Source of the DNA: Delftia acidovorans NBRC 14950
GTDB lineage: Bacteria; Pseudomonadota; Gammaproteobacteria; Burkholderiales; Burkholderiaceae_C
Length of the DNA: 32,000 nt
Assembly: GCF_001598795.1 (NCBI RefSeq)
Contig: NZ_BCZP01000009.1
Span: 180,001-212,000 of the forward strand
Reading direction: 5' to 3'
Shown: piece by piece, positions 14,796 through 23,545 of the stretch
Numbering within the stretch: position 1 is the stretch's first letter
Layout of the letters: each line of letters starts with the position of its first letter
The notes under the pieces: model-generated
The model's database searches: none
Seen by the model: only the letters and a program-made list of their open reading frames with translations
What the model was told of the DNA's origin: nothing
Position numbers and translations under genes: made by a program

Positions 14796-15817
14796 GTCTG
14801 CTGGTCCTGCAGGTGGGCGCCCGTGATCACTTCCACCTGGGCCAGGCTGTCGGGCGACAGCTCGCGCAGGATGTCCATGAAGCCCATGCGCATGAAGCGG
14901 GCGGCACGGCGGATGAGCAGGGGGGCGGGGTTGGAGGGCTCGGTGCGCTCCACGAAGGCGGCGATCTCCAGCAACTGGGCAATCGCCTGTTCGCGGTTGC
15001 GCGCCGGGGCGGGTGCCGAGCCTGGCGCGGGGTGGGCCACCGTGCCGCCCTCTGTGCCGGTTTGTGCGGCCGGATCGGTTTCAGCGTCCGTGTCGGCATC
15101 GCCTGTGGACTGGGGCTGCCATTGCCTGAGGGCCAGCAGCAGCTGGCGCAGGCCGTCGAGCTCGGGCTGCTGGTGGCTGGGCAGGTGCTGTTCGCAGCAG
15201 GCGCGGATCCGGTCGAGTTCCTGCAGCGCAGGGGTGACGGCCAGCAGGGTTTCGTGGCCCTCGGCATGCGCGCGGGCCGAGGCCATGCGCAATTCGTCGG
15301 CGGTCAGGTGCGGCAGGTCCTCGGGCACGTTGCCCTTGGCCATCAGTTCGGCGTCGCGCACGCTGATCTGGCCCAGCGCGCCGCGCAGGAAGTCGGCGTT
15401 GCGCAGGTCACGCACAAAGCCTGTCACGTCCGACAGGGTGCCCAGGGCATTCATGCGCATGAAGTAGTCGTCGCCATCCTCGGGCAGGGGGTGGACATGC
15501 TCCCAGTGGCGCTCCAGCAGGGCGCCGCACAGCTGCAGGCCCTGCAGCGTACCGGGCAGGCCGTGCAGGATGGTCCAGGCTCGGCACAGCAGCACGGCCA
15601 CGCGCAGGTCCTTGGTGCGCTGCATCAGGGCCGAGGCCTGGCGCTCCACATCGCGCCAGTCCGGTGGCTCGGCGGGGATGACGGTGTCGCCGAACTGCTG
15701 TTCTACCTTGCCCTGGGCAGCGCTTTCCATGGCCTGGAAATCGTTGTCATAGGTAAGGTCCGGGCCGCAGGGCGGCTCGGCGGCGGTCTCGGTCAGCAGG
15801 TCCTGGATATTGGCCAT
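14792..15817 (-). CDS. tssA: T6SS protein TssA (ImpA N-terminal domain, short form), 341 aa
   Basis: ORF 14792..15817. The N-terminus PCGPDLTYDNDFQAME...PPDWRDVERQASALMQRTKDLRVAVLLCRAW matches the ImpA_N domain signature. Confidence 0.9.
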   Translation of the reverse strand: MANIQDLLTETAAEPPCGPDLTYDNDFQAMESAAQGKVEQQFGDTVIPAEPPDWRDVERQASALMQRTKDLRVAVLLCRAWTILHGLPGTLQGLQLCGALLERHWEHVHPLPEDGDDYFMRMNALGTLSDVTGFVRDLRNADFLRGALGQISVRDAELMAKGNVPEDLPHLTADELRMASARAHAEGHETLLAVTPALQELDRIRACCEQHLPSHQQPELDGLRQLLLALRQWQPQSTGDADTDAETDPAAQTGTEGGTVAHPAPGSAPAPARNREQAIAQLLEIAAFVERTEPSNPAPLLIRRAARFMRMGFMDILRELSPDSLAQVEVITGAHLQDQQT

Positions 15818-15874
15818 GGGCGGGTCGGTGTTGCTTGGGTATGGTGTGGAGTGGACGGTGCGATCTGGACGAAC

Positions 15875-16555
15875 TCAGGCGCCCTTGAACAGCCGGGTGA
15901 ACAGGCGGCGGTGCAGCACTTCGTGCTGGACCACTTCGTCAGGGGCGTGGCGCGGCGTGGCCGAGATCCACCAGACGGAGGTGGTGGAGCCCGGGCGCAT
16001 GCAGGCGCGCCAGTCCATGCGCGGCAGGCGCGCGGCGTTGCCTTGCGAGGTGCCCATGTCGAGGTCGGCCAGCAGGCTGTGGATGGAGGCGCTGCCCGGC
16101 GTGCGGCCGTCCTGCTGGAACGGCCATTGCAGGGTGGCCAGCCGCTCGTCGAGCTGCTGGGCTGACAGGGGCAGGCGCCGGGCGTCGATGAGTGCATCGC
16201 GTGCGCCGCTCAGAAAGCGTTCGATGTCCTGGTCCGACGCCGGCATGCCGGAGCTGCCGTCCACCGTGGCCATGATGGCCAGTGGAAAGAGCCGGCCGAT
16301 GCGGTCGGAGCTGGGCCCGATCACGCCCACCATGGGCTGGCCCAGGATGGAGGCGGGGCACAGGAAGAACCACAGCGGCGAGTGCACGAAGCGCGTGGAC
16401 CAGTTGTCGGCCGCATCGCTGCGCAGCTGGTCCATGCCGTTGCGCAGCCACTCGTCCCAGCGCATGGTCAGTGCGTGGGGCATGCGCCGGCCGACGAAAT
16501 CGCCCTGGCTTGGCAGCTTGCCCCACCAGGCGGCGCAGGGTCGCTGGAGGGTCAT
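15875..16555 (-). CDS. tagF: T6SS post-translational regulator TagF (ImpM/DUF2094), 226 aa
   Basis: This is the C-terminal part of composite ORF 15875..17842, with the start taken at MTLQRPCAAWWGKLPSQGDFVGRRMP (ATG at 16555, 5 nt after the tssM stop). WGKLPSQGDFV is the TagF hallmark. An alternative start at 16579 would overlap tssM. Confidence 0.85.
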   Translation of the reverse strand: MTLQRPCAAWWGKLPSQGDFVGRRMPHALTMRWDEWLRNGMDQLRSDAADNWSTRFVHSPLWFFLCPASILGQPMVGVIGPSSDRIGRLFPLAIMATVDGSSGMPASDQDIERFLSGARDALIDARRLPLSAQQLDERLATLQWPFQQDGRTPGSASIHSLLADLDMGTSQGNAARLPRMDWRACMRPGSTTSVWWISATPRHAPDEVVQHEVLHRRLFTRLFKGA

Positions 16556-16560
16556 GGCGT

Positions 16561-19500
16561 TCACAGCCGGTCCGGACATTCGAATTCCTCCATGGCCTTG
16601 AGCCGGAATGGGTTGAGGACGCTGCTGGTGGTGACTTCCATGCGCAGCTTGCGTCCGTCGATGGTGAAGATGGCCGTGAAACGCTCGGGCGAGTTGCCCG
16701 GCAGGATCTGGGCACGGTCGAACAGGCGGTGCAGCGCCCAGGGGCCTTCGGTCACGATGCCGGTGTTCTGGGCGCCGGCGGCCGTGATCTGCAGGCGTGT
16801 CTGGCCGGTGCCGCGCGTGCCCGGCCAGGAGACGGCCTTGGGGATTTGCGGGCCGTGCTGGTAGCGCACGATTTCGCCGTCCACGTCCAGCACCATCTGG
16901 GAGATGGAGGCGTCCATGTCCAGCGGCTTGATCTCCAGCCGGATACCGGGCGTGTTGCCGCCTGCGCGGAAGAACACGTCGCGGATGGAGGCCGCGCGCT
17001 GGAAGGCGGCCAGCGAGGCAGAGCCCCCCACCGGCGTGCCGTCCACACCCTGCTTGAAGGTCCAGGGCACGGTGGAGATGTCCACCATGGTCTGCAGCTG
17101 GGTGCGGAAGAACTCGTCCATGGTGCCGCCGGTGGCGAACAGGCGGGCGAAGTCGTCCGTGGTTACGTCGCGCGTGGCGCTGCGCGTGAAGGGGTAGCGG
17201 CCCAGGATGGCCCGGCGGCAGAAGTCGCCGATGGTGGCGTTGAGGTTGCCGCCCAGCGTGCTGCGCACGCTGCTTCCCACGAAGGACGAGGTGGACGTGG
17301 CCAGGGCCTCGTACATGCTGTTGAGCGGAGGCGGCACGCGCTTGGCTTCCGAGCGCACCTTCTCCAGCGTGCCGCTTAGCGAGGGAGGCACGCCGCCGCC
17401 CTGGATCACCTGCTGGCGCGCCGAGGCGATGACGGCCGCCGCCTCGTTGAGCACCTGCAGGCTGGCGGTGATGGGAGCCGGGCCCGAGCCGTTGCTGGTG
17501 GCAAGGCGCCGGTATTCGCGGAAGCGGAAGTCCACGATGTCGGCCTCCAGCGTGCCGGTGGCCAGCATGCCGCCCACGTTCAGCGGCTTGCCGGTCAGGC
17601 GGCTGAGCTGGTGCTGTTCCTCGCGGATGCGCTGCAGTTTCTCGCCCAGCCAGCTGCTGGTGCTGCCCGAGCTGCTGCCTTCCTGCTGGTCCGGGCGGCG
17701 GGCCAGCGTGGTCTCGCGGGCCACGGCGCGGATGAACTGCTCCAGGCTGGAGTTGGCGGACGAGTACAGGCGGGCCTGCTCGCCGGCCTGCTCCAGCGAG
17801 GCCGTGCGTATGGGGCGGATGTCGGCCAGGAAGGTTTCCCACAGGCGCGCGTATTCCATGAGGTACAGGCGCTTGACCTCGTTGGCCAGCTGGCCCGTGA
17901 GCACTTCCTGGGCCACGCTGCGCCGGCCTTCGGCCTGGCCCAGCACCCAGGTTTCCTCCTTGGCCAGCAAGGTGGTGACCTTGGGCAGCTCGTGCAGGAA
18001 GAGGCCGTGGTAGCCGTCATAGGTGAACAGGCCGCTGATGCCCTGGGTGAGCGGCTTGCCGCTGGCACGCGCAAAGACCTGGGGCGCCTCGGGACCGCTG
18101 GCACGCACCACGCTGAAGTCGGGCGGCAGCTTGTCGCCGGTGTTCAGCAGCTGCTTGAGGCGGCTGTAGGCGCGCTGGGCGGGCGACATCTGGGCCAGGC
18201 GCTGGCGCACCTCGGCGACCAGGTTGGCGTCGATGGGCTGGGCGGAGACCACCACGCGGCCGTCGATGAGGCGGTCCAGGTGCTCGGACAGCTGGTCCAC
18301 CAGGCCGGCCTGCACCAGATGCTGGGGCAGGGTGTTTTCCCAATCGCTGCGCAGCCAGGCCTTGACGAAGGTGGCGTCGAAGTGGTCGGGCTCGTAGAGC
18401 ATGAGATAGGCCTTGAGCGTTTCGTAGCTGGCCTCGGGGCTGCCGGTGCTGACCTGGCGCAGCGAGCGCGCGACATGGCTGCTCAGGCGCGGCAGCCAGG
18501 CGTCTTCCAGCAGGCGCAGGTAGGTGGCGTGGGCGGCCGTCTGCACCTTGGGCACCTGCAACAGGCCCCAGCGCCAGCCCAGCGGGGCCGATTCCTCGAA
18601 GCGGCTGCTCTGCGCCACGCGCGCCGCGTGGTTGAGCATGGGCACCAGGGCGACCACGTTGTCGGGGTCGGTGGCCTTGGATTCCTCCACGGCCTGGCGT
18701 AGCGTGCCGGCGTTGTCGGCCACTTCGTTCAGGTAGCGCTGGTTGTTCTCGTAGCTCAGCGTCCAGGCCAGGGCCGCGCCGCCCAGGGCCAGCAGCAGAG
18801 CGCACAGGCCGGCGGCCTGCATCAGGCGCAGCTGGCGCTCTTTCTTGGCGTTGCGCCCGGTCAGGCCGGACTCGTTGAACATCACGTCCTTGAACAGCGA
18901 CTCCAGGAAGTAGCTGCGGCCCTGCTGTGGCACGGCATCGGCCGGCAGGCGGCCACGCAGCGCAAAGCGGCGCGACAGGGCCGACATCACGCGGTCGAAG
19001 GGCATGCCCTCCTGCGTTCCGCTGGTGAAGTAGACGCCGCGCAGCAGCGGCTTTTCCTTGAAGCGCGAGGCGGAGAACGCCGCATCCAGCGTGTCGCGCA
19101 CCACGTCCTTGAGGCCGGCAAACTGCTGGGGCAGGGCGTAGAGCAGGCTGCGGCGCGCAAGGTCGGGCTCGGTCATCAGCCGCTGGGGCAGCAGGCGGTT
19201 GATCTGGGCGACCAGTGCGTCGAACTCCTCCATGTACAGGGCGCTGGCGGCCTGCGGGTCGCTGGCGGGCGAGCGCTGGGTCTTTTCGTCATAGGGATAG
19301 GTGAAGCCCCAGACCTGGGCGCGCTCCTCGCGGCTCATGGCCCCGAAGAACTCGTTGAAGCCCGCCAGCAGGTCGCTCTTGGTGACCAGCACGTAGACGG
19401 GGAAGCGGATGGTCAGCTCCTCGCACAGCTCGCTCAGGCGCAGGCCGATCAGCTGGGCCAGCTGGGCGCGCTCGGCGTCGCTGGCACTGAGCAGCTCCTG

Positions 19501-20217
19501 CACGCTGAGCGTGACGATCACGCCGTTGACGGGCTGGCGTCCGCGAAAGCGCTTGAGCAGCTGCATGAAGCCCTTCCAGGCTGCCTTGTCCTGCTCCGCA
19601 TCGCTTTCCTGGGTGGTGTAGCGGCCGGCCGTGTCCAGCAGCACGGCCTGGTCGGTGAACCACCAGTCGCAGTTGCGCGTGCCGCCTATGCCGGGGATGG
19701 CGCGCTTGCCGAACTGGGCCGCCAGCGGGAAGTCCAGCCCCGAGTTGATCAGGGCCGTGGTCTTGCCCGAACCCGGCGAGCCGATGATCAGGTACCAGGG
19801 CAGCTGGTAGATGTAGCGCTTGTTCCAGCGGCCGAACAGGCCGCCTTCGGTCTGGCCGAAGCGGGTCTTGCTCAGCGTGTCCAGGGCTTCCTTGAAGCGC
19901 GACTCCAGCTCGGCCACTTCCTCGGAGCCTGCTGCGGGCGTGCCGTCCGCCTCGCGCGGCGAGGTCAGGCGGGCCAGGCCGGTCATGAGGTGCTCGTTCA
20001 TGCGCTGTGCGCGCCACCAGCGCAGCAGCAGGCGCAGGAACCAGAGGATGAACAGGCCGGCAATGATCCACCAGCGCACTGTGGGGCTGCCCAGTGGCTG
20101 GTAGGGCTGGATGAAGACGAGCGGGCCGACGAACCAGATGAGCAGGCTCAGGGCCACCAGGCCCAGAAGCTCCAGCATGTAGCGGTTGAACAGCCATGAG
20201 GCGATGCGACGGATCAT
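16561..20217 (-). CDS. tssM: T6SS membrane complex protein TssM (IcmF), 1218 aa
   Basis: ORF 16561..20271 trimmed to MIRRIASWLFNRYMLELLGLVALSLLIW (ATG at 20217, 4 nt after the tssL stop). It has N-terminal TM helices, the Walker A GSPGSGKTT, and IcmF-like length. Confidence 0.95.
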   Translation of the reverse strand: MIRRIASWLFNRYMLELLGLVALSLLIWFVGPLVFIQPYQPLGSPTVRWWIIAGLFILWFLRLLLRWWRAQRMNEHLMTGLARLTSPREADGTPAAGSEEVAELESRFKEALDTLSKTRFGQTEGGLFGRWNKRYIYQLPWYLIIGSPGSGKTTALINSGLDFPLAAQFGKRAIPGIGGTRNCDWWFTDQAVLLDTAGRYTTQESDAEQDKAAWKGFMQLLKRFRGRQPVNGVIVTLSVQELLSASDAERAQLAQLIGLRLSELCEELTIRFPVYVLVTKSDLLAGFNEFFGAMSREERAQVWGFTYPYDEKTQRSPASDPQAASALYMEEFDALVAQINRLLPQRLMTEPDLARRSLLYALPQQFAGLKDVVRDTLDAAFSASRFKEKPLLRGVYFTSGTQEGMPFDRVMSALSRRFALRGRLPADAVPQQGRSYFLESLFKDVMFNESGLTGRNAKKERQLRLMQAAGLCALLLALGGAALAWTLSYENNQRYLNEVADNAGTLRQAVEESKATDPDNVVALVPMLNHAARVAQSSRFEESAPLGWRWGLLQVPKVQTAAHATYLRLLEDAWLPRLSSHVARSLRQVSTGSPEASYETLKAYLMLYEPDHFDATFVKAWLRSDWENTLPQHLVQAGLVDQLSEHLDRLIDGRVVVSAQPIDANLVAEVRQRLAQMSPAQRAYSRLKQLLNTGDKLPPDFSVVRASGPEAPQVFARASGKPLTQGISGLFTYDGYHGLFLHELPKVTTLLAKEETWVLGQAEGRRSVAQEVLTGQLANEVKRLYLMEYARLWETFLADIRPIRTASLEQAGEQARLYSSANSSLEQFIRAVARETTLARRPDQQEGSSSGSTSSWLGEKLQRIREEQHQLSRLTGKPLNVGGMLATGTLEADIVDFRFREYRRLATSNGSGPAPITASLQVLNEAAAVIASARQQVIQGGGVPPSLSGTLEKVRSEAKRVPPPLNSMYEALATSTSSFVGSSVRSTLGGNLNATIGDFCRRAILGRYPFTRSATRDVTTDDFARLFATGGTMDEFFRTQLQTMVDISTVPWTFKQGVDGTPVGGSASLAAFQRAASIRDVFFRAGGNTPGIRLEIKPLDMDASISQMVLDVDGEIVRYQHGPQIPKAVSWPGTRGTGQTRLQITAAGAQNTGIVTEGPWALHRLFDRAQILPGNSPERFTAIFTIDGRKLRMEVTTSSVLNPFRLKAMEEFECPDRL

Positions 20218-20221
20218 GGGA

Positions 20222-21553
20222 TCAGTTCCTGGTCTCGGGTGCGGCAGGCAGGGCCTGCAGTTGCTGGTCACGTTGCTGGGGAGCGACCAGCAGGACGATT
20301 TCCACCCGCCGGTTCAGCGCCCGGCCTTCTGCCGTGTTGTTGGGGGCGACGGGGTCGCTGTCGGCACGGCCCTCGGCATGCAGGCGCTGGCGGTCGCGCA
20401 GCGAGCCGCCCAGCATCTGGGACACGGCCTGGGCACGTTCCTGCGACAGGTTCCAGTTGGACGGGAAACGCGCCGTGCGGATGGGCGTGTTGTCGGTGTA
20501 GCCGTTGACGACGACCTTGCCCGGCACTTCGTCCAGGGCCGCTGCCACGCGGTGGATGACCTGCACGTAGCGGGGCTTGACGACGGTGGCGGCCGGGTCG
20601 AACAGGCCGTCGCCGCGCAGGATGACGGTGCTGCGGTCGGCCTCGTCGCGCACGCTGACCAGGCCTTCGCGGATCTCGGGCTCCAGGAACTGGCGCAGCC
20701 GCGGCTTGAGCGTGGCGACGGTGGCGGCCGCCGAGGTGCGCGGGAAGCGGATCTCGTTGATGGCGGCGAACAGGTCGTCCGAACTGTTGGACAGCCGGTA
20801 GCTGAACCACAGGTAGATGAAGAACGCCAGCAGCAAGGTGATGGCCGCCGCCACCCACAGCGGCACCATGGCCCAGGGCGGCGAGGCCAGGCGTTGCACG
20901 CCGCGCCAGTGCACGGACAGCAGGCTGCTGCGGTCGCCGCGCGTGGATTCGATGAGCTGCAGCAGGCGCGCCTTCAGCGTCTCCAGCTGGGCGCGGCCGT
21001 TGTCGATCACGCGGTAGCGGCCTTCAAAGCCCAGCATCACGCAGTAGTACAGCAGCTCGATCAGGTCGATGTGCTGGTGCGGCGTCTGCACCAGGCGGGC
21101 CAGCAGCTGAAAGAACTTCTCGCCGCCCCAGGTTTCGTTGTGCAGGGCGACCAGCAGGCTGTGCTTGGGCCAGACGCCGGCACTGCCCCAGGGCGTCTGG
21201 GCGGCGGTTTCGTCCAGCACCGTGCAGATGCAGTAGCGTGCACCGATGATGGTTTCCATGGGCACGCCGCTGGCGCCTGCGCGCTGCTCGAACTCGCGGA
21301 TGTGCTCGAGCAGCAGTTGTTGCAGCGCGCGCGGGTCCTCGTTGGTGACCATGGCGCGGATCTGGGGGATGAGGTTCAGCAGCCGGTTGGCGGCGGCCAC
21401 CAGCGGGTTGCCGCCGCTGACCACGTCGGGCAGGTTGGAGCGCAGCGGCTCCTGGCCGGCAGGCGCGGGCGCGGCGCTGGCCGCGCCTTCGGCACGGCCC
21501 GTGTCGGCGTCGCCGCCCCAGGGCATTTGGTGGCTGATGTTGGAACTGTTCAT
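20222..21553 (-). CDS. tssL: T6SS membrane complex protein TssL (DotU/ImpK) fused to a C-terminal OmpA/MotB-like peptidoglycan-binding domain, 443 aa
   Basis: ORF 20222..21553 has a DotU core (NPLVAAANRLLNLIPQIR...YCICTVLDE...LGFEGRYR). A TM helix follows (MVPLWVAAAITLLLAFFIYLWF). The OmpA-like motifs are VVNGYTDNTPI...NWNLSQERAQAV...NRRVEIVLL. Confidence 0.93.
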   Translation of the reverse strand: MNSSNISHQMPWGGDADTGRAEGAASAAPAPAGQEPLRSNLPDVVSGGNPLVAAANRLLNLIPQIRAMVTNEDPRALQQLLLEHIREFEQRAGASGVPMETIIGARYCICTVLDETAAQTPWGSAGVWPKHSLLVALHNETWGGEKFFQLLARLVQTPHQHIDLIELLYYCVMLGFEGRYRVIDNGRAQLETLKARLLQLIESTRGDRSSLLSVHWRGVQRLASPPWAMVPLWVAAAITLLLAFFIYLWFSYRLSNSSDDLFAAINEIRFPRTSAAATVATLKPRLRQFLEPEIREGLVSVRDEADRSTVILRGDGLFDPAATVVKPRYVQVIHRVAAALDEVPGKVVVNGYTDNTPIRTARFPSNWNLSQERAQAVSQMLGGSLRDRQRLHAEGRADSDPVAPNNTAEGRALNRRVEIVLLVAPQQRDQQLQALPAAPETRN

Positions 21554-21574
21554 GTCGGAAGATGCGTCGCGCCG

Positions 21575-22909
21575 TCAGCGGCGGATGGCCCAGAACTCCA
21601 GTTGCAGGTCAGGGAATTCGCCGGAGACGTGCATGGCAAGGCCGCCGGAGCTTTGCAGCTGGTTCCACAGATCGTGCGTGGTGTCCACCTCGAAATAGTT
21701 GTAGCCCGCGTGGTAGGGAATCTCGCGCGGGGCAATGGGCAGCGGCCGCAGCGTGACGCCGGGCAGGTGCAGGTTCACCAGGTCGCGTATGCGCTCCACG
21801 GGGCCCAGCTTGGTCTGGGTGGGGAAGTGGGTGCGCAGGAATTCCGGCGTGGTCTGGGCATGGGCGGCCAGCACGAAGTCGCAGGTGGTGAGCAGTTCGG
21901 TGGACGGGATCAGCGCCACGCGCACGCCGTACTGGCGGTCGTGCAGCGGGATCTGGATGGCGTTTTGCTCCAGCACCGAGGACAGGCTGCGCCGCAGCTC
22001 CAGCATCAGCGGCGGGAAGCTGCGCCGCAGGTCGTCATGGTCGTAGGCGGGCAGCACCTCGGGGCGGCGCCGCTCGTGGTCGAAGGTGGTCAGCTCGGCG
22101 GCCAGGCGCAGCAGTTCCTCGAACAGGCGCTCGGGGTGGATGCTGGCGGTGCGCACCCAGTGCTGGGCCGCGCCCGTCCAGTGGTTGATGAGCTGCAGCA
22201 GCAGGAAGTCGCCGACCTCGCCGATGCCGCCGCGCTCGGGCTGGATCATGCGCTGGGCCAGCACTTCGCCGCGCTGGCGCAGCAGGCCGTGGATTTCCTT
22301 GCAGAAGGTGTTGAGCACCGAGCTGGGCCCGTTGTTGACCACGGTGGGGATGAAGCCGGGCTCCAGCAGCACGCCGCCGCTGGCCTGGCGCTCCACCACA
22401 TGGGCCACGGGCAGGCTGACCCAGCCTTCGGTCAGCTCGTGGGCGGGGCGCAGGCTCAGGCGCAGCCGGCCCAGCTGCACCTCGGCGGGCTGGGCACCCA
22501 CGTCGTTGCTGTCCGCCACTTCGGTCACGTCGCTGAGATAGCGCGCAGGGCTCTGGGAGCCTTCGCCAAAGGTCACTTCGCTGCCCGAGAAGCGGCGCAG
22601 CGGCAGCGCCAGGTGGACCACCACGTCCTTGAAGTCCTTGCCGATGTCCAGCGGGGTGGGCGCCTCGTCGTCGCCCGGCAGCTGGAACGGCGTGCCGTCG
22701 GGCAGCACGCCGTGGGCCGAACGGATTCCCAGCTTGCCCATGCGCAGCAGATCGGTGTCCAGCTCCAGTTCCGAGAAGCCCCAGAAAAAGGGCTGCCCCG
22801 GCAGGCTGCGTGACTGCAGTTGCCGGAACAGGAAGCGCTCCTGCTGCTGGAAGTGCTGGGGCCGAAGGAACATGCCCTCGGCCCAGATGACTTTGCGTTG
22901 CCAGACCAT
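21575..22909 (-). CDS. tssK: T6SS baseplate protein TssK (ImpJ/VasE), 444 aa
   Basis: ORF 21575..23026 trimmed to MVWQRKVIWAEGMFLRPQHFQQQERF (ATG at 22909), which is the hallmark TssK N-terminus. Confidence 0.95.
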   Translation of the reverse strand: MVWQRKVIWAEGMFLRPQHFQQQERFLFRQLQSRSLPGQPFFWGFSELELDTDLLRMGKLGIRSAHGVLPDGTPFQLPGDDEAPTPLDIGKDFKDVVVHLALPLRRFSGSEVTFGEGSQSPARYLSDVTEVADSNDVGAQPAEVQLGRLRLSLRPAHELTEGWVSLPVAHVVERQASGGVLLEPGFIPTVVNNGPSSVLNTFCKEIHGLLRQRGEVLAQRMIQPERGGIGEVGDFLLLQLINHWTGAAQHWVRTASIHPERLFEELLRLAAELTTFDHERRRPEVLPAYDHDDLRRSFPPLMLELRRSLSSVLEQNAIQIPLHDRQYGVRVALIPSTELLTTCDFVLAAHAQTTPEFLRTHFPTQTKLGPVERIRDLVNLHLPGVTLRPLPIAPREIPYHAGYNYFEVDTTHDLWNQLQSSGGLAMHVSGEFPDLQLEFWAIRR

Positions 22910-22926
22910 GGTGGATAGATGTGCGT

Positions 22927-23526
22927 TTATTGGGATGCGGGTTGAATGCGGACGGTGACCTCTTCGCGGGTCAGGTGCACCTGGTAGCGCACGGGCTGCA
23001 GCTTTTCGGTGGAGCCCATGCCCCACCAGCGCCGGCGCAGCTCCACGGAGTTGGGCGCGACGGCCGAGGCGCGCCAGGTGCTGCGCTCCAGATCGCGGTA
23101 GGCGGCGAACAGGCCGAAGGCGCGCACATCGGGGTTGCCCTTGCGCTCTATGACCTGGCGCTGGCCGGGCGCGACCAGGAATTCCTCGCGCCGCACGAAG
23201 TCGCTGCCCAGTTGGCCGTCGTCCTTGTCCTGCAGGTCGAAGAAGCCGGCGCGGTCGAAGGCGGCGGAGGCGCGCAGCTCGTAGATGCGCAGCAGAACGG
23301 GCTTGGGAATGCCTTCACGGTCCGGGTTGATGTCCATGTCCGCCACCACCTCGAATATGGCGGTGGGCACGGCTGTGGGCGCCACTTCGGGCGCGCGGCT
23401 CAGGGGGTTGAGGGAGCCGCAGCCGGCCAGGCCGGTCACCACGGCCGTGCCCAGGCCCAAGGCGCCCAGCGTTTGCAGCGCCTGCCGGCGCCCCTGCGAT
23501 CCCTGCGGTTCCTCTGATCTCCACAT
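22927..23526 (-). CDS. tssJ: T6SS outer-membrane lipoprotein TssJ (SciN/VasD), 199 aa
   Basis: ORF 22927..23562 trimmed to MWRSEEPQGSQGRRQALQTLGALGLGTAVVTGLAGCGS (ATG at 23526). An AGGAG Shine-Dalgarno lies ~6 nt upstream. The lipobox is LAGC. The SciN-like body (PVLLRIYELRA...FGLFAAYRDL) fits the family, and the gene precedes tssK. Confidence 0.9.
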   Translation of the reverse strand: MWRSEEPQGSQGRRQALQTLGALGLGTAVVTGLAGCGSLNPLSRAPEVAPTAVPTAIFEVVADMDINPDREGIPKPVLLRIYELRASAAFDRAGFFDLQDKDDGQLGSDFVRREEFLVAPGQRQVIERKGNPDVRAFGLFAAYRDLERSTWRASAVAPNSVELRRRWWGMGSTEKLQPVRYQVHLTREEVTVRIQPASQ

Positions 23527-23545
23527 GGCTTCTCCTGTCTCGATG

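Noticed and set aside
20186-22813. 875-aa plus-strand ORF opposite tssL/tssK, and similar long ORFs at 5354..6616, 6217..7926, 14813..16165, 16282..17379, 17611..18702, 24418..26442, 24578..26134 and 26871..28529
   Set aside because: All are antisense or out-of-frame shadows of well-supported T6SS genes. Their composition is dominated by Ala/Gly/Arg/Gln/His, and none has a family signature.
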